This document shows, piece by piece, positions 36,495 through 51,259 of a stretch of 64,000 nucleotides of DNA. The notes under the pieces were generated by a model, which saw only the letters and a list, made by a program, of their open reading frames with translations, had not been told where the DNA came from and did not search any database. Location of the stretch: positions 1 to 64,000 of the forward strand of contig JALJEE010002839.1 in the NCBI GenBank assembly GCA_023231475.1, read 5' to 3'. This DNA is from Seison nebaliae. Taxonomy: Eukaryota. A program made the translations under genes and the position numbers. Within the stretch, counting starts at the first letter, position 1. The number at the start of each line of letters is the position of its first letter.

Positions 36495-37344
36495 TCTACA
36501 ATTCAGTCAATATTCTCTAACTACTTCCCTCCTACAATTGATGATGATGAGAAGGAGAATTGTTCAAGAAATTAATAATTTTCTGCTGCTCAAAATAGAA
36601 AAGAATTCTAAGCCAAAGAATTGTTGTTGGAGATTTTGGATATTTAAATTGTTCATTTTATTTATTTATTGCTCGACTGACATCTTACTCCAACTTTCAT
36701 CTTGAGCTTCCACTGATTAGAGAAGGAGATTTGGTTCCTCTTAAAAATTGTTAAAATATCGAAAATGTTTATTTGAAATAAGTTTCTATTCAAATTCGTC
36801 ACTTATATAATGGAAGAGAAATAAATGAATTTATATTTATTTCCTTCCGAAATAATTTAAATATTTATAATTATTATTTAAATAATGAATAATAATTATA
36901 TGGAATTGAATAAGTCTGGAATCAATCAATAAATTAAATTAAAAATAAATAATAATAACAACAACAACATTTCGAATGAAAGATGTAAAATAAAATTTAC
37001 ATCGAATTGAATCGAGAAGAGGAGGAGAGAATCGGATTGGAAATTTATTCTATTTGTGCCACATCATCTCCAACAAGAAGATTGGCGATTGGCGATTGGA
37101 AGAGGGAAATATTTATAAAACGTATCCGAATTATAATTGTTAGAAAATGGAAATATTGAAATTGAGTGTCGAGTAGACTATTAAAATATTTGGGAGTTTC
37201 TTGTCTACTTTCTCTTTTTCTATCCCTTTTTATATTTTGTCAACACTTTAGTATTCCATTTTTGTATGGGATGAATTTGATATGAACATCAACTTTCAAT
37301 TGGAATGTTTCTCCACTTACTACTCTTGTTCTTCTTCAACTCTT

Positions 37345-40300
37345 CTACTCGTTGAGTTCTTGTGCTAGATGATGAAGATTCTCGTTCACAATCAATTTCG
37401 ATGTTGAACTCAATCGAGAGACATATGCACATCTCAATAAATATTCTCGTACAAGACATTTTATTTCGGATTCGGTATCGCCAATCGTTGTAATTTCCAC
37501 GAAATATGGATACAAGTCATTAATGAATCGAAAGAACTGAATAAAAAAATATTTTTTGATGAACAAATGAAAAAATTAACTGCACAATTGTTCATGGTGA
37601 GAATTTTGAATAAGATCGTTGTAATGACGGGAAACAATGTCTTGCGATGACTGGTGGATTTGATGCGTATATAATAAATTAGATGTTTGACGATGATACT
37701 GAAAAGATTGATGAAGAAATCGTTGAAAAAAGAAAGAAATAGAAAGAAAGAAACTCTAAAAGTTTTTGTTGAATATCTTTCCAGAATTTGGAGAAACGTT
37801 CGTCGGAGAACATGCGGAAGAGAAGACGAATTGCACAAAGTAAACTCTGAGTTTCTTGACTTAACAAACTCGGTTTAGATGTTTTCCCGAATCCCGCCTT
37901 ACCTAACAATATACGCTGATCGTGATTGGCATTGAATAGACGTGCAAATTGATGAAGATTTAAAAGACAATCGACGAAAACATTCAAATGTTCATATCGG
38001 ATATAGGAGAAAACGCCATTTAATGATGTCAATGTATTCCCATCCAAATCATCATCATTCACTAAATATTCCTTCAATTTATGCAATAATGGATGTCGAC
38101 CGCCTTCATCATAATTTTTCAAATAATCATCATTGGAGGGTGGGCGTTTATCGAAATGTTCCATCTCATCCAAATTGAAATAACGACAATTGACTGAATC
38201 ATCTTCACTATTAACTTGAAATAGAATTGGAGGTGGAATTTTACCAGCCGCTGCTGTTCCACTATTGATTAAGACCTAAATGGAAATTCGAATGATAAAA
38301 AGAAATATGATAAAGAAGAACATCTGTATAAGTGGCCATACCAGCAATTTCTCGTCTTGCCGTATCGTTGGAGAAGAGTATAGCTTCAACGGTCTGAATT
38401 AATTCAGATTGAATGAAACATTTCATTAATAAAGAATGCATCTTCTCTGCAACTTTCGTTTCATCTCGATTCTGATCTAAATATATTAAGTGAGAAAGTA
38501 AGAAAATATATTATTTTCATAATTTTTAAAAATAATTATTAAATTTTAAATAATTTCAAAAAACTTCTAATTTTTAAATGATCTTTCTAAAAATCGTTAT
38601 TTATCCATAATTATAATAATTCAATTAATTCATATATAAATAATTGTTAATTGAGAAATAATCTTTCTAAATTTTGAACTAGCCTCCACTCATCTTACTT
38701 ACATTCATTACATTGATGAGTTGTTTATTAATGAAATTACTTTCACATCGAACTATATTCCTAAAATTTATTCTCTGTTGTACGTAATAATCGAGTGGTC
38801 CTGGTTGGAGAAAATGTCTCGACCATTTACTTAATCTAATATCGTCCCTATTTAACAAATAGATCGTACTTCGATTAATGATAGAAATGACATTCTTATT
38901 ACTGATTCGTCCTGCTCGATATTGTCGTTTCGACGACGAGAAATTCCAATGTTCCGATGAATTGGAACATCGTCTCCTACTTCTCGCTATCTGTGCTAAG
39001 AGTCGATTAATATCATTAACTCGATCGATAAGATGTTGATCATCAATATTCTCATCTTCCAAATTCATGAGATATTTATAATAATTATCATGATAAACGA
39101 CATCGTCATCACCATTCTCTGACGAACAGATCATAGGAGACATGAAAGAGGAATATGTTTCCGAATTACTTGAGGGTGGAATTGTGATGTGACTATTAAC
39201 TGATGAATCTCTCATCTTCTTTAATGACGATCGTTGACTGGTTGTAAAACGAGAGAATACCGTTTTGAGCATACTCGATGCAGATGACGAATTAACTGAA
39301 TTATAACTTTCTTCTGTACCTCCCGATAATTTACCATCAATATTTGTTGATGTTGGTATTTGTGCAGTTGATAATAAAGTGCTCGACGACGATTCAGTTG
39401 CTGTGATGGTATCCATAGATTTTTGGAATGATGATGATGATGATGATAATGATGATGATGATGTGGAAGGTATTTGTGTTGTGGCGATATCGGATGAAAT
39501 AGTATCAGATGATGTTTGATTATTCTTCTCCTCATTGAATGATTGTCGATGAGATATTTTCCTTTTCTCTTTCATTTTCCATTTCAATAATTCTTTCGGT
39601 GAAGTTTCGACGAAAATACTGGCAAAACATTTCGTCGTGTTCGCCCAATCGTTAAAAGTGAAGATGGAACCATTCTTAATGATAATGTTTTGGAGACATT
39701 CGATTGCTGCACGAATTAAATGTTCATTCTCTTTACTAATACACCAAATAATCTTATTGTAGAGAGGTGGCAACATAAACGAATGGACGTGTTTATGGAA
39801 ATGAATGAATGTATCCGTCAATTGATAGAGTGCATGTGAACTAGTTAATTGGAGCCATTGTTGACGATCGACAGGATTCAATGGTAATCTAGTATCATCG
39901 AATACTCGACAAATTACATTGAATAAATCCATCCACCATTTCTCCGTAAAACGTTCACCATCACGACGGATAATTACAAATAATGCATGTAATGCATTCG
40001 TTTGAATATGATAATGTGAACGATTAATTATACAAGATAATTCAAAAAATATCGGTAACCATCCTTTAATCCATGCATCTTCTTTCTTCTCTCCATTATC
40101 ATCATCACCATCAATCGTATCGATGAAAATCTCATTATTTTCTGCCACAAAATCTGAACAATTCTTTATTAGACGTAATGCATTAATAGGCACATCAGAT
40201 GAAGGAAGACAGCAAGCGAATTCAGCTAAACATTTTATCATATCTTGGAAAGAATCGATGAGAACTTCTGGTTGTTCTTTCAAGACGATATTGACGATAT

Positions 40301-43300
40301 CTTCCACAATATGGAATGCTCTCATCGTAATATTAACATCAGAAATGGAAGCAGCGAAATGTAACACACTAAATATATTTTTCCATCCACTTCGAATATT
40401 TTTCGATTCAGCCGCCACTAATTGAGAGACACAACAAACGACCATATCTCGAATGGAGGAACTTCCGTTCGTTTTGATAATATGTTCGAATGGACGAAGG
40501 AAATCTTTCTGGAAATTGAAATTGGCAAATTCTCCTTTCTCCAAAAATTTTAATGATAATTGTCGCAATGAATCGATTGCAAATGTCGCCACACGATCTT
40601 GTCGACTACAACCAGCCACATTGAAATGTTTCCCGATAATTTGCCAAATACGTGTCCATTGAAGACGAATACGACCCATATTATAATAAGAAATTTCCAC
40701 AATCTTCTGAAGACAAAACATTCGTGGCGGTTTTTCATCTAATTCTTCTAACGACAAATCACATAATGCCGTCACGAAATCGACGATGGCACTACCAACC
40801 AAATAAACGGAACCGGTAAATATTCGGTCGACAGCCACCACAACACTTTGTGATCTCGTTTCACTGAATTGTTCGTGAATTGCGGCTCGTTTCTTCGCAT
40901 CGAATTTCGCCAAATCCGTTTGCAAATTATATAAAGTTCCAATCGATTCTTTCGCTGGTGACATAACACCAGCAAATAGACTGGTGATGGGAATTGAGGT
41001 AATTGATGTTGTATTATTTCCATTGTTTAATGTGGAATTGGATTGACTATTCATGAGAGTGTTCGTAGAAGATTGTTGTGAATTAGTCGATGATGTGATG
41101 TCACTTGGTGTGGGATAGACATGACCACTTCCATTAAATGGACTCGTATCATTAGCGATGGTACTTAATGTTTGTGCCAATTCCAATTTACTAACACACG
41201 CTAAAATATCATGCCAAGAATCACTTAAATAATTCCCATCAGTATGAGCGATACGAATGAGAGTTTTGATGCAATCAATATTCTTTTGCGCCATATCGAG
41301 TATAGTGGATTGTGGTGGTAGTAAAGTGAATCTTGCTAATAATCGAATATAAGCATTGGATTCAACTCTCAAATCGAAAATACATCCGATTCGAATGGCA
41401 CAACGAATTCCATCTAAACATAATTTAGTGATCCGTTCATCATCACAATCTTGGAGACCAACACTGAAAGCGGCCAGAAATGGACTCCAACAAATCAGGA
41501 ACATTGGACGAACATGTTCGATATGATGAGCTGATTGGAAATCAGCCGCATAATTCGACACATGTTCCATGAGACTATAAGCTGATAACATTATCTGTTC
41601 CATTTCTGAATGATATAATTGTGATCTCTGTTTCTGATTGACGAGAACGTCTTGTTTCGTTTTGATTGTTGTTGTTTGTTTATACGTTGTCTTAATTTCT
41701 TCATTTGCTATTTGATCATAAACATCGGAAAGAAATTCTTCAGGTAAATCGTCATTGTCATTAATTCCTCGATTCATTTTTATATAATCTTCTTTCGATA
41801 TTTTCTTCTTTACATTCTCACTATGTAAATCTGTTGTAAGAATAATAATGGAATAAGCGAGAACATATGCAGCATTGGCACTGGCAAAAATGCCATTGTT
41901 CGGATTACAACGACAATATCTAGCTGCAAATTTCTCCATTAAACGATCAATTTTTTGTGCTTCGCCTGGTAATCGAAATAGATTAAGAAAGAATCGTAAT
42001 GCTGGAACGATATTCATTCCACTAAAATCTAAATTATCAATAAATCCATACATCACTTCTTTACAATATCTAAAAATATTTAAAAAATTAAAATAATCCA
42101 AATTAATATTAATATTAATCGAATTAATTAAAATGTGTGAACTGATCATTTTCTCCTAAATAATCGCCGATTGCCGTTTTATCTAAACGTTCTTCATTCG
42201 CCAAGAAAACGGCAACTCTCTTCGACGAATCGTCGACGAAACCTTTATCTTGTAAGAATTTCATTCCTTTTTTCGGTTTCGTATTAAATCTATATTAGAA
42301 ATTATTATTCTTATTAATTAAATATTAGAAATGAAACAAATCAATTCCTTCCTCCATCATATTCTTCCGTTTCTTTATCGCTTCATAATTGGAGAGTGGT
42401 AGATTGTCAGTAGATGAATGTGATCTTAATTGATTCTCATCATATCCATTCAATTGATTACTACTACTACTATTATTATTATGATTATTATTATTGATGG
42501 TAGAATTGGAATCATTATCAATCTCTTTGATAAAATTAGAAGAAAATTTTTTTTTTTCAAAAATTTAAACTTTGTTCTTTCGCTCCTGATTGAATATAAA
42601 GTTCCTTACTCCATTCCACTAGACATTGAAGAATTGAGACGAGACTTTCCAGACCTTTCACTCGAAATAATTTCTCCTGATGTTTCTCAGTCGTTCCCAA
42701 TTCGATCGCTTGTCTTCCTTGAGCGATCTTTGCCAAAATCAATGTTAATCGTTCGAATATATTTGACGTATTCATATCACAATCATAATTTACATAGAAA
42801 TCGACGACACATTGAGCATCCGAACAAATTTTCGATAGAATGGTAATACAAATTAATTTGTGAGTGAACGAACTGGCATTCGATTCGAGAATGTTGAGAA
42901 GAATATCTCGAAAGAATACTTCGATTTGCATTTTCAATTGCTGTTTGAAACCGTTCAATAACTCTACGAAAACTGCTAATGACAATTCAAAAATTTCGAT
43001 ATTCATCGACACTCCGTTCTGTACGAGACCGACACATAATGTCATTCGGATCTCTTTAATGAAAACGTCGTATGATTTGAAAACGGGACCGGCATGTTGC
43101 AAAATTGCCAATAAGAGACGTAATGCTAATGTTTTTGAATTATTATTATACGTCTGTTCGTCCACACTTGAATCGATTACATCACTTTTCATTGATAAAG
43201 CGCAAAGTGTCTGGAAAACGTAATAAGCATCGAGAACATGAAGTGGAATGGTCATCGTATGATTCGGATTAGATGATTCGATATTGGTACATATTGTATT

Positions 43301-44074
43301 AATGGTCTGTTGGATGACGTCATGAAATATCTGATCTTCGATATTTGTCATTTCAGGATCATTCATCAATTCTCGATATTGATTCGTTGAAATTTCAATT
43401 CGAGCGTTTTCTTCAGTTTCCATTTTCGTGAAAATTCCAGTAATCATTTGGAGTAACGCTCCTTGTGATGTCTTCTTATACGTGATACTTTTCACTACAA
43501 GATAAATATGGAAAACAGTTCGAACTATCATGAGAATATATTTGTCGTGAACGGAACAATATCTCGATGTCATCAATGTGAGTAAAGCTTTGATGATTTG
43601 TAATTGAACATTCTCATCCGTTTGCACACCTTGAAATGCATCACATACCACATGAATACATCTTCTCAATAAATTATCATTCTTATCGTCCTCCAATTCT
43701 AGTCCATCGAGTTCCATCCGTTGTCTTAATGATGATCTTCGACGATCCATTCCTCCATTCCCAATTCCCACTTCTCCACTCACCAATCCATACATGATTA
43801 ACTTCTGAATACAATCTAGACCGATCTCGATCAATTTTGTATGTTTCGATTGACATGACAATTCGAATGGTTCGAAAATTATCTCCACAAATTCACATTC
43901 TACCACCTCCACCGAACTCTGACTCAATTTCGTTTGTTTCAATCGCTCCTTCAACATATCTCTCGCCTTTTGACATGACGATTTGAGTTTTGGTGTGAGA
44001 GCACGACGGAATTCGCGTTCGGTCAGAATCCGTTCGAGATTCCTCACTAGAATCAATTCCGTTGTCGCTGTCAT
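37345..44074 (-). CDS. ARFGEF: Brefeldin A-inhibited Sec7-domain ARF GEF (BIG1/BIG2), multi-exon
   Basis: DCB (LDCIQKLI, VQLQIIKALL), HUS (YVNYDCD), Sec7 (FRLPGEAQKIDRLMEKFA, AYVLAYSIIILTTDLH), HDS (LQKIVEISYYNMGRIR, FQKDFLRPF). 3' exon boundaries approximate. Confidence 0.95.
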
Positions 44075-45288
44075 GATTGATGAAAAAATGTTTCGATCTC
44101 CTCGATAACAATTCCAGGAATAAATATTTCTGGAGAAAAACACTTCTCTAATTTGAGATGATTGAAGTGTTTGGAGAAAGTTCGATTAGATGAACGAACG
44201 AATTTAAGTCATTTAACCGAATCTTCTTGTATACCCGATTTCTTCTTTCTATGTGCCTGCTCAAAAAAAACCGAATAAAACGGAAACGGAACAAAATGAA
44301 ATAATCAAAAATTAGTTCAAATCTGATTAATGTTCAATTGAAATTCTAAATCGAACATTCCGATAAACATTCAATTTATCTTCCATTTGCAGATCGAGAA
44401 AATAAATCAATGAAGAAAGAAAGAGAGAGATAGAGAAAGAGATAGAAAAAAGAGAAGATTTGGCATCTATCTATTTTTTTTCATGCATTTCCAAATATTA
44501 ATTGAAATTGAGAAATTAAAGAACTTTTTCTTAAAATTATGTTTAATGAAATTAAAAAATTTTCAGTATTCTTCTTTAGTAATCTCTTTCTTTTTTCATG
44601 ATAACGAATGAATTTATTTGAAATTGACACATAAACTAAATCGACATCAAAGTGACATATTGAGTTGGACAAGTAAATTAGAATTATTATATAATTAATT
44701 AATTGATTACATCATTTCTTTTACATTGACTTCATAAGAAATCACCAGCTGCAATTTTAAATTTGACCGAATATGAATTCCTTTTTATAATTTAAATAAA
44801 TATTTTCATTTTCATTTTTTCGCCCCCCCCCCCTCCCAAATAATCTACTTTTAATTAATAACAAATCATCAAATAATTAATAGGACGAAAATTGACAAAT
44901 CTCATGAATATTTGACCGATTTGTCAGTCATCATTAGATTGTCGTCATTCTCCATTAAGACAACTATTAGTGTCTCAATTTGATTGGTGGAAATAATTAA
45001 TGTTCAATTTAGCCCATGTTCGTATGAATAGAGATAAAAGCTCAAAATTTGAAACTGATAAGTTGATAAATATAATTGGCGAGGAGAAATAAGAGAACTG
45101 GAATTTATAATTTTTTTATTAATCCATGTATACTTCAACTACATAGGTGGTATAAATGCAGTTTTTTCTAATTCAATTTTCATTCCATTTAATTTACGTT
45201 GTACAAATAGTCTAGTTTTGTTAGTAATTTTTATTCATTCTATTTCTTCATTGTTCTAATTAATTTTTCGTATATTTCTTTCTACGTT

Positions 45289-45630
45289 ATAGTAGATTAC
45301 CAATCTGCAATGCCGATCTGGATTGGTAATCGGTGATCATGGGCGGGAAAATTTGGCCGATTTGGAGCGGAATTTTTTCCGTTGTTTATCGGCCAAGGCG
45401 CTCTAGAAAAAAATAAGAATAATCATATTTCTTATTCTTTTCTGGGGCGTCTAGTGAGGACCATTAGGAAAACCGTTAGTGAATTTCATTAAAACACTTC
45501 TCATTCATTTTCGTGTTTAGCTGAAGTATGATTTTCAGGGTTGATGCGTCCTCAGATTTTCTCCGTACCAATCACGAGCACGATAACAAAAAGATGATGG
45601 GTCTATAAATTTTACTACTCTATACTATCA
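45289..45630. other. GC-richer intergenic island with three consecutive hairpins (MITE-like element or structured RNA)
   Basis: gattaccaatc/gattggtaatc (45295-45331), ttggccgat/atcggccaa (45353-45396), ggcgctctagaaaa.../...ttttctggggcgtc (45397-45451); ends atagta...tactat. Confidence 0.45.
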
Positions 45631-46389
45631 CTTCTCATTTCAATGGAATTCAACCAATTCCAATAAGACGATCTTAATCTTAATAAACCATCTATGGATT
45701 CTATTATTATTATTATTCTATTTCTATTTTCAATTTTATCATTTGTACCTATAATTCACACTTCAAATACTCACACTAGTCTAAAAAGTCATATTAATCT
45801 CTTCATGATTTCAAACAATTCATATTTTCATATGATCCGACACCTATTATACCAATCGATTGCGAGTTCCCTAATACCTAATACCAACTATCAATTCTCA
45901 TTGACACAAAGGATGACCGCACTTTTTCTTATTTTTTAAACTTATCTCGATAGACATTTTAAAAATAAATTTTAATGATATCTTTTCTTTCAATTTTCGT
46001 GAATTCGATTTAACTGTAAATCCGTTCTTACACTGAAACGGTTTTTTTTGTACGTGTAGTATAATCGATAAGAGATAGGATGAAATTTCACCGTTTTTCA
46101 AGTTAAAATATAAATTTTATAATATCTGATTCTAAACAAAAATGGAAAAACTAAACAAATCAGAAATGTATCCCAATAGGAATAAATAAATAAAGTTCGA
46201 AATTAAAAATTTTTTCCATTGAATAACGTGTCTGCTGATTTGAATCGTTTTAGCATTAACGTTTTATCATGAGCTTCTTCGGTATAATATTTATCCATAA
46301 AAGAATCCGTATCTGGAAAAATTAGATTTAATCAGAGAATTGAGATGTATGATCTTTATTGAATTGGAATATTTCTAAACAAAAAAAAT

Positions 46390-46644
46390 CTAACCCAATT
46401 TTCCTAATCGACAAGAACGTTGATAGGATATGGTGGTGGTAATGACGTAGAATAACGTTCCGATAACTATTGTGACGGCCAAAATCAGCATAAAGATGTA
46501 TTGGAGATATGCATAATATTCTTTAGGAAATGGAGAAATTTCAAATGTTCTTTTCGAATAATTTGCGAAATTAACCGAAATGAATTTTAAGTTCGTGTAA
46601 TTCTCTTGTAAGGTGAACGATTGGTACCGATATGGAACGATCAT
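46390..46644 (-). CDS. Possible small single-pass membrane protein (84 aa)
   Basis: ATG-initiated ORF with N-glycosylation sequons (NYT, NYS) and one hydrophobic stretch (YIFMLILAVTIVIGTLFYVI); no family recognised. Confidence 0.3.
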   Translation of the reverse strand: MIVPYRYQSFTLQENYTNLKFISVNFANYSKRTFEISPFPKEYYAYLQYIFMLILAVTIVIGTLFYVITTTISYQRSCRLGKLG

Positions 46645-47278
46645 TGTGAACTTCTTGCATATGTTTTATATAATTCCAATAATCAAACGTGTTCTCCATT
46701 AGTTAAGAAAAAAATACGGATTGTTTTCAATAAAAATTGTTAAATGTCGTTTCTTCGAAAATATTCTTTTTGAAAGAAGAAATTATTGGAGAAATTGTGA
46801 CATGCACACTCGGAATGGACACTGTGGTTGATGGAATGTTTTATTTTAGAGAATTTAGAGAGAATTTACATTTGAGAGAGAGGAGGTAGAAGGATTAAAT
46901 TTAATTTTAACAGTAGATCAAATATTGAATAAATAAATTGTGTAGAGGTATAAACGGAAAGCAAGAAATGATTTTGATTGGAAATTATAGGAATAAAATC
47001 TTTTAACAGAGGTAATTAAAATGGTGTAGATAGGTAGATGATGGGAATGTGATCGTTGTGAATATCGACGAATTTTCGAAGAAAGTTTTTATAGTTTTTG
47101 AAAATATAAAAATCTGTTGAAATTTGAAAAATCTCAAAAAAGGATGACGAGTCAATGGAAGAAACCGTTGAGAAGTTCTATAGCAATTGATTGATAAGGG
47201 TCCTAACTAAGTAAATAGAACATTTCTAATTTGAGATATATTTGGTTGGGAAGTGGTGGTAGTAGATCACTATTTAAA

Positions 47279-49146
47279 TCATTGCATTTCCCCATGTTCA
47301 TTGCAATAGTCAGTAAGACTATTAATCTTCTCTAAGATTAATTCTAAGTCGGTGGTTGAAGTGCCAAAAGGAATCCATTTGCCGTTCAATAATTCTTGAG
47401 GAATATTTATTCCGTTTGTAAGTGTGTCAACGGTAGCGGATGAAGTGGTGGACGAAACAATATCATCGATTGAACAATTGTTGTTAATGATGGAAAAGTT
47501 TGTTGGTTTCTTAATGAAGGTTGAAGGACTATCCAATTTGGAACTGCGTTTCGTTGTAGAAGTGACGGTTGTAGAGGATTCGGGACAGACATGGTTAATA
47601 TGATCGCCCAGTTTCGGTGTGGAATTGCCACACCGTTCACAAATATAGAGTTTTGTGCGCCTTTCTTTGAAACCGTAATTTAATTGAATATTGTGCATTT
47701 TCCTCAAATGTGATTCTAATGAGCAACGTTGAGTGAATGCTTTCCCGCATAACTCACATTTGAAAGGACGAACACCTTGTAAAAGGAAAATGGGAAAACG
47801 ATAAAAAACGAATGAATGAATGAATGAATAAATGTATTAACCAGTATGTGTTCGAATATGACGTTTGAGATCGAAAGAATCATTAAATCCTTTGTTACAA
47901 TAACGACAATGATGTCGCTTTTCTGTGAGATGACACTTCTGATGACGTTTCAATTGTCTGGGATAGCAGAAGCGTTTCGAACAAACCGAACATACAATGT
48001 CATCACCTGTAAAAATATTATGTGAGTAATCTAAGGAATTATTAGATAAATTATCACTTAAATTTGTACTATTATTATCATCATTAACAAAGAGCCTATT
48101 GTCATTTCGGTTAATATGATGATTATTATGATGATTATTATGATGATGGTGGTGATGATTATGAAGATGGTCATTATTATTATTACTGTTGTTGTTGTTC
48201 GTGTTGTTGTTACTTGTGTTGGAAGTAATAGAATTGATGATATTTAATTGTTTTCCTGTATCATTCAGAGTTTGACGAGTTTGAATACTGATAGTATTCG
48301 ATGGGGAATTTATACTCACTATCGGTACGGATACCGATGAACATGAAGAGACGGCACTCGATACTGACGATGTTAATAACGGTTCCATTTTATTGAAAGA
48401 TTTCTCATCGATCTTACTCAAATTTTGAATGAGATAACGCTTATGCGGAGATTGCGTATTATTGTCATTGGCAATCGCTGCAATTGACTCAAATGTTGAG
48501 ATTGCCGATTTGTCTATTGTAGTTAATAGTGCTCCATTATTCGACATTGCAGTTTTAGTTTCGAGAGGGTTTGGTGGGAGGTGCGGTTGGAAGAATGAGG
48601 AAACATCATCCAATTCCATTCGGGGGAGGACACCGAAACTTAAATTAAATTTTTCGTTCAATCTTGACAGGACATGCTCAGAGATATTGGAACTGGTTAT
48701 TTCTTTTTCTTTGTTCGTTCCATGCTCATTCGTCTGAGTTGATGAACAACTTGTTATTCGACTTGACTATATTAAGGAAGAGAATAAAAGAGATATGAGA
48801 ATAAATTAACGTTCGAATCAGTCTGATCCATCTGAATCAATTCCATTGACTCATCGAAACATTGCTTCTCTTCATTCATTTCAACTTTATTCAAATATTT
48901 CAAATAAAGTAACAAGATCAATTGGGTACCCACAACAAGATTCTCACCCTGCAAACCGGAAAGTAACGAACAAATCTTATTAACAACATTGGCATTCGTT
49001 CCAGCATTAGACAATTCGGCTGCCAAGTTAGCGGAAACGTTCGAACGGTCGTTATTCGGTTCTTCATCATTTAGTTCCATTGAATTATTGTCCGTTTTCA
49101 TCTCGGTCATTCTTGACGAGTAGATACCAGCACAATGTCGATCCAT
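47279..49146 (-). CDS. ovo: Ovo/OVOL-family C2H2 zinc-finger transcription factor (3 coding exons; start uncertain)
   Basis: LKRHQKCH, CNKGFNDSFDLKRHIRTHTG|VRPFKCELCGKAFTQRCSLESHLRKMH, YGFKERRTKLYICERCG; N/H-rich region upstream. Confidence 0.92.
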
Positions 49147-51259
49147 CGAATGGTCCAGTTTTGGTAGTTGGGGGCAGATGCTTCAGAACGCAGAGTACTT
49201 TTATTGGTAGTTTAACATTTCCTAAAGAAGAACGAAAAAAGAAGTGTGCGTTAAAATTTCTGTTAATTAGTCGTTGGGAATAAAAATGAGGTGAGTAAAT
49301 TGTCGTGTATATTGTGCGTTTTGAAGTGGGAGAATGAGAAAGATATTTCGGAAAACAATGAAGGAGAAGTCGTTAAGCAACTTATTATTTTGTGGGGAAA
49401 TACTAAATTAGAAAGAATGGCAATATCACGATTTGTCTATTTTCTTCCTTTATATATTAATTGATAGGGGAGATGAATTACGTTAATTCTTTATTAGAAT
49501 TTACTATAATTGTTGCGCAAATTATTCGTTAAATTATATATTGAATAATGTACGCTCGATTTAGTCGAACTATGTGGAATGGACGAACCGAAATTTTATG
49601 GACGATATTGTTCATTTGAGATATGACAACTAAACAGTAGTAATAGTTCGAGTGCTATGCCTCGTAAGAGTTGTGTTTAATAAGACTGATCATTTCCAAC
49701 CAATTGACATTAATGTTGGGAAATATATAAATATAATTCTCTTTTACTTCCACCGATAGACGAATGAAGTTCCGTCACTCGCTCGTCGATGATAAGTGAG
49801 ACAAGATGGTTTCTTTTCGCTTTTATTGGAATAAAAAAATTAAAATTTTTCATGAGCCGAAAACAACATTTTTTATTTCGATTTTTCATTAAAGTCAATT
49901 AAGCAACTCACAGTCCTTGGTCGCCTATAGATATCCAAGGCTCATCATAAAAAATTAAATGAAACTGCGTCACATTGAGCTGCTGTTCGTTTGTTGATTG
50001 TAAAAATAATAGAAGAATTCAGAATTATAAAGATAAAACGTTGTCAACGTCTACGTAACGTAGTGTGATTGTGATTAGTCATAGGAGACAGCTCGTAGTC
50101 GCATAAATCTTGTAGTATCTGTACACATTGGTAAATAGTTGAGAAAAAGATGTTTGAAGTTGATGAGGATGAACATCCTGAACATTATCAAAATAGTTAA
50201 ATGTATGTTGTGATCAATTTACAACAAATAGAATCGTACAATAATGTATAACTCTTCTGTAATAAATCTTTTATATTCGCTCATCCTCCCCATTCGCCTC
50301 CAACAAATTTCCACACCTCGAAATTCTATTCTGCATTCTCCAACAATTCATCTTTCAACTGCTCCTATACAATTAGTAATGTCGTAGTATAACTGGTTCG
50401 TCGACGATGTTCTCCGTTTCGTACCTTTCGTTTAGATAAAGAAGTTACCTAACATGGAAAGAAGGTTTGAAAAGAGGAAGGAGAGAGGACGAGGACGGAG
50501 ATGTTGTTCATTATTCAAAGACATCTGTCCTGCTCCTATCATTAGAAGGATCAACAGTAGATGAGGGAGAGCCACGAAAATTCATAGAACGATGACACTA
50601 ATCGATGAGTCAGCCGAATGAAAAATGTTTTACAAATAATAATTGTGACAAAAGATGTGTAACAAATTAATGTGTGCTATGCAACTCCCTCGTACGATAA
50701 CATTGAGCATCTGTTAATCAACTGTCGCTTCTCCTTCGTCGAATTGTGGAAAATGATAAATGGTGAATCGAAGCGTCCACATCCTAATCAATATTGCACT
50801 ATACTGACTTCATCTTTTAGTGTTGATGACCTTCTGAATGTCTAGTGAATGACGTTACTCTCATCAACTGCTATCATCAACTACTTGGATATTATCGAAA
50901 CGTCGTAAAATGACAAAATTCTTATGAAACTGACGAATATTGGGAGAAGAAAACGATCTGCTTCTTCTATTTAGAAATTAGTGAAGGACTTTTTTGCACA
51001 ACCATCGTATAACTGTGTCTCATATGATAGGCTTGTCGCTTTCAACAAATATCGATATCACTCCAAACGTGTGAGGATCATCGAAATAATAAATTTTATT
51101 CAAATTAATTTATTCTTCCTAATCTCATCACTACTTCTATTCTTTCAATTTAAATCCGTCTTTCTAATCATCATATTCGTCATCATTTCCCAAATTTATT
51201 CATTTAAAACATCCACTCCACTCCATTCGTCATCATCAAATGTGCACGTTAAATCAGTG

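Noticed and set aside
39221..39535. His-rich 104-aa ORF
   Set aside because: Alternative-frame reading of the poly-Ser tract in ARFGEF.
50111..50122. tgtagtatctgt matches the U2 snRNA branch-pairing region
   Set aside because: Only 12 nt; flanks do not resemble U2 and no Sm site or stems follow.
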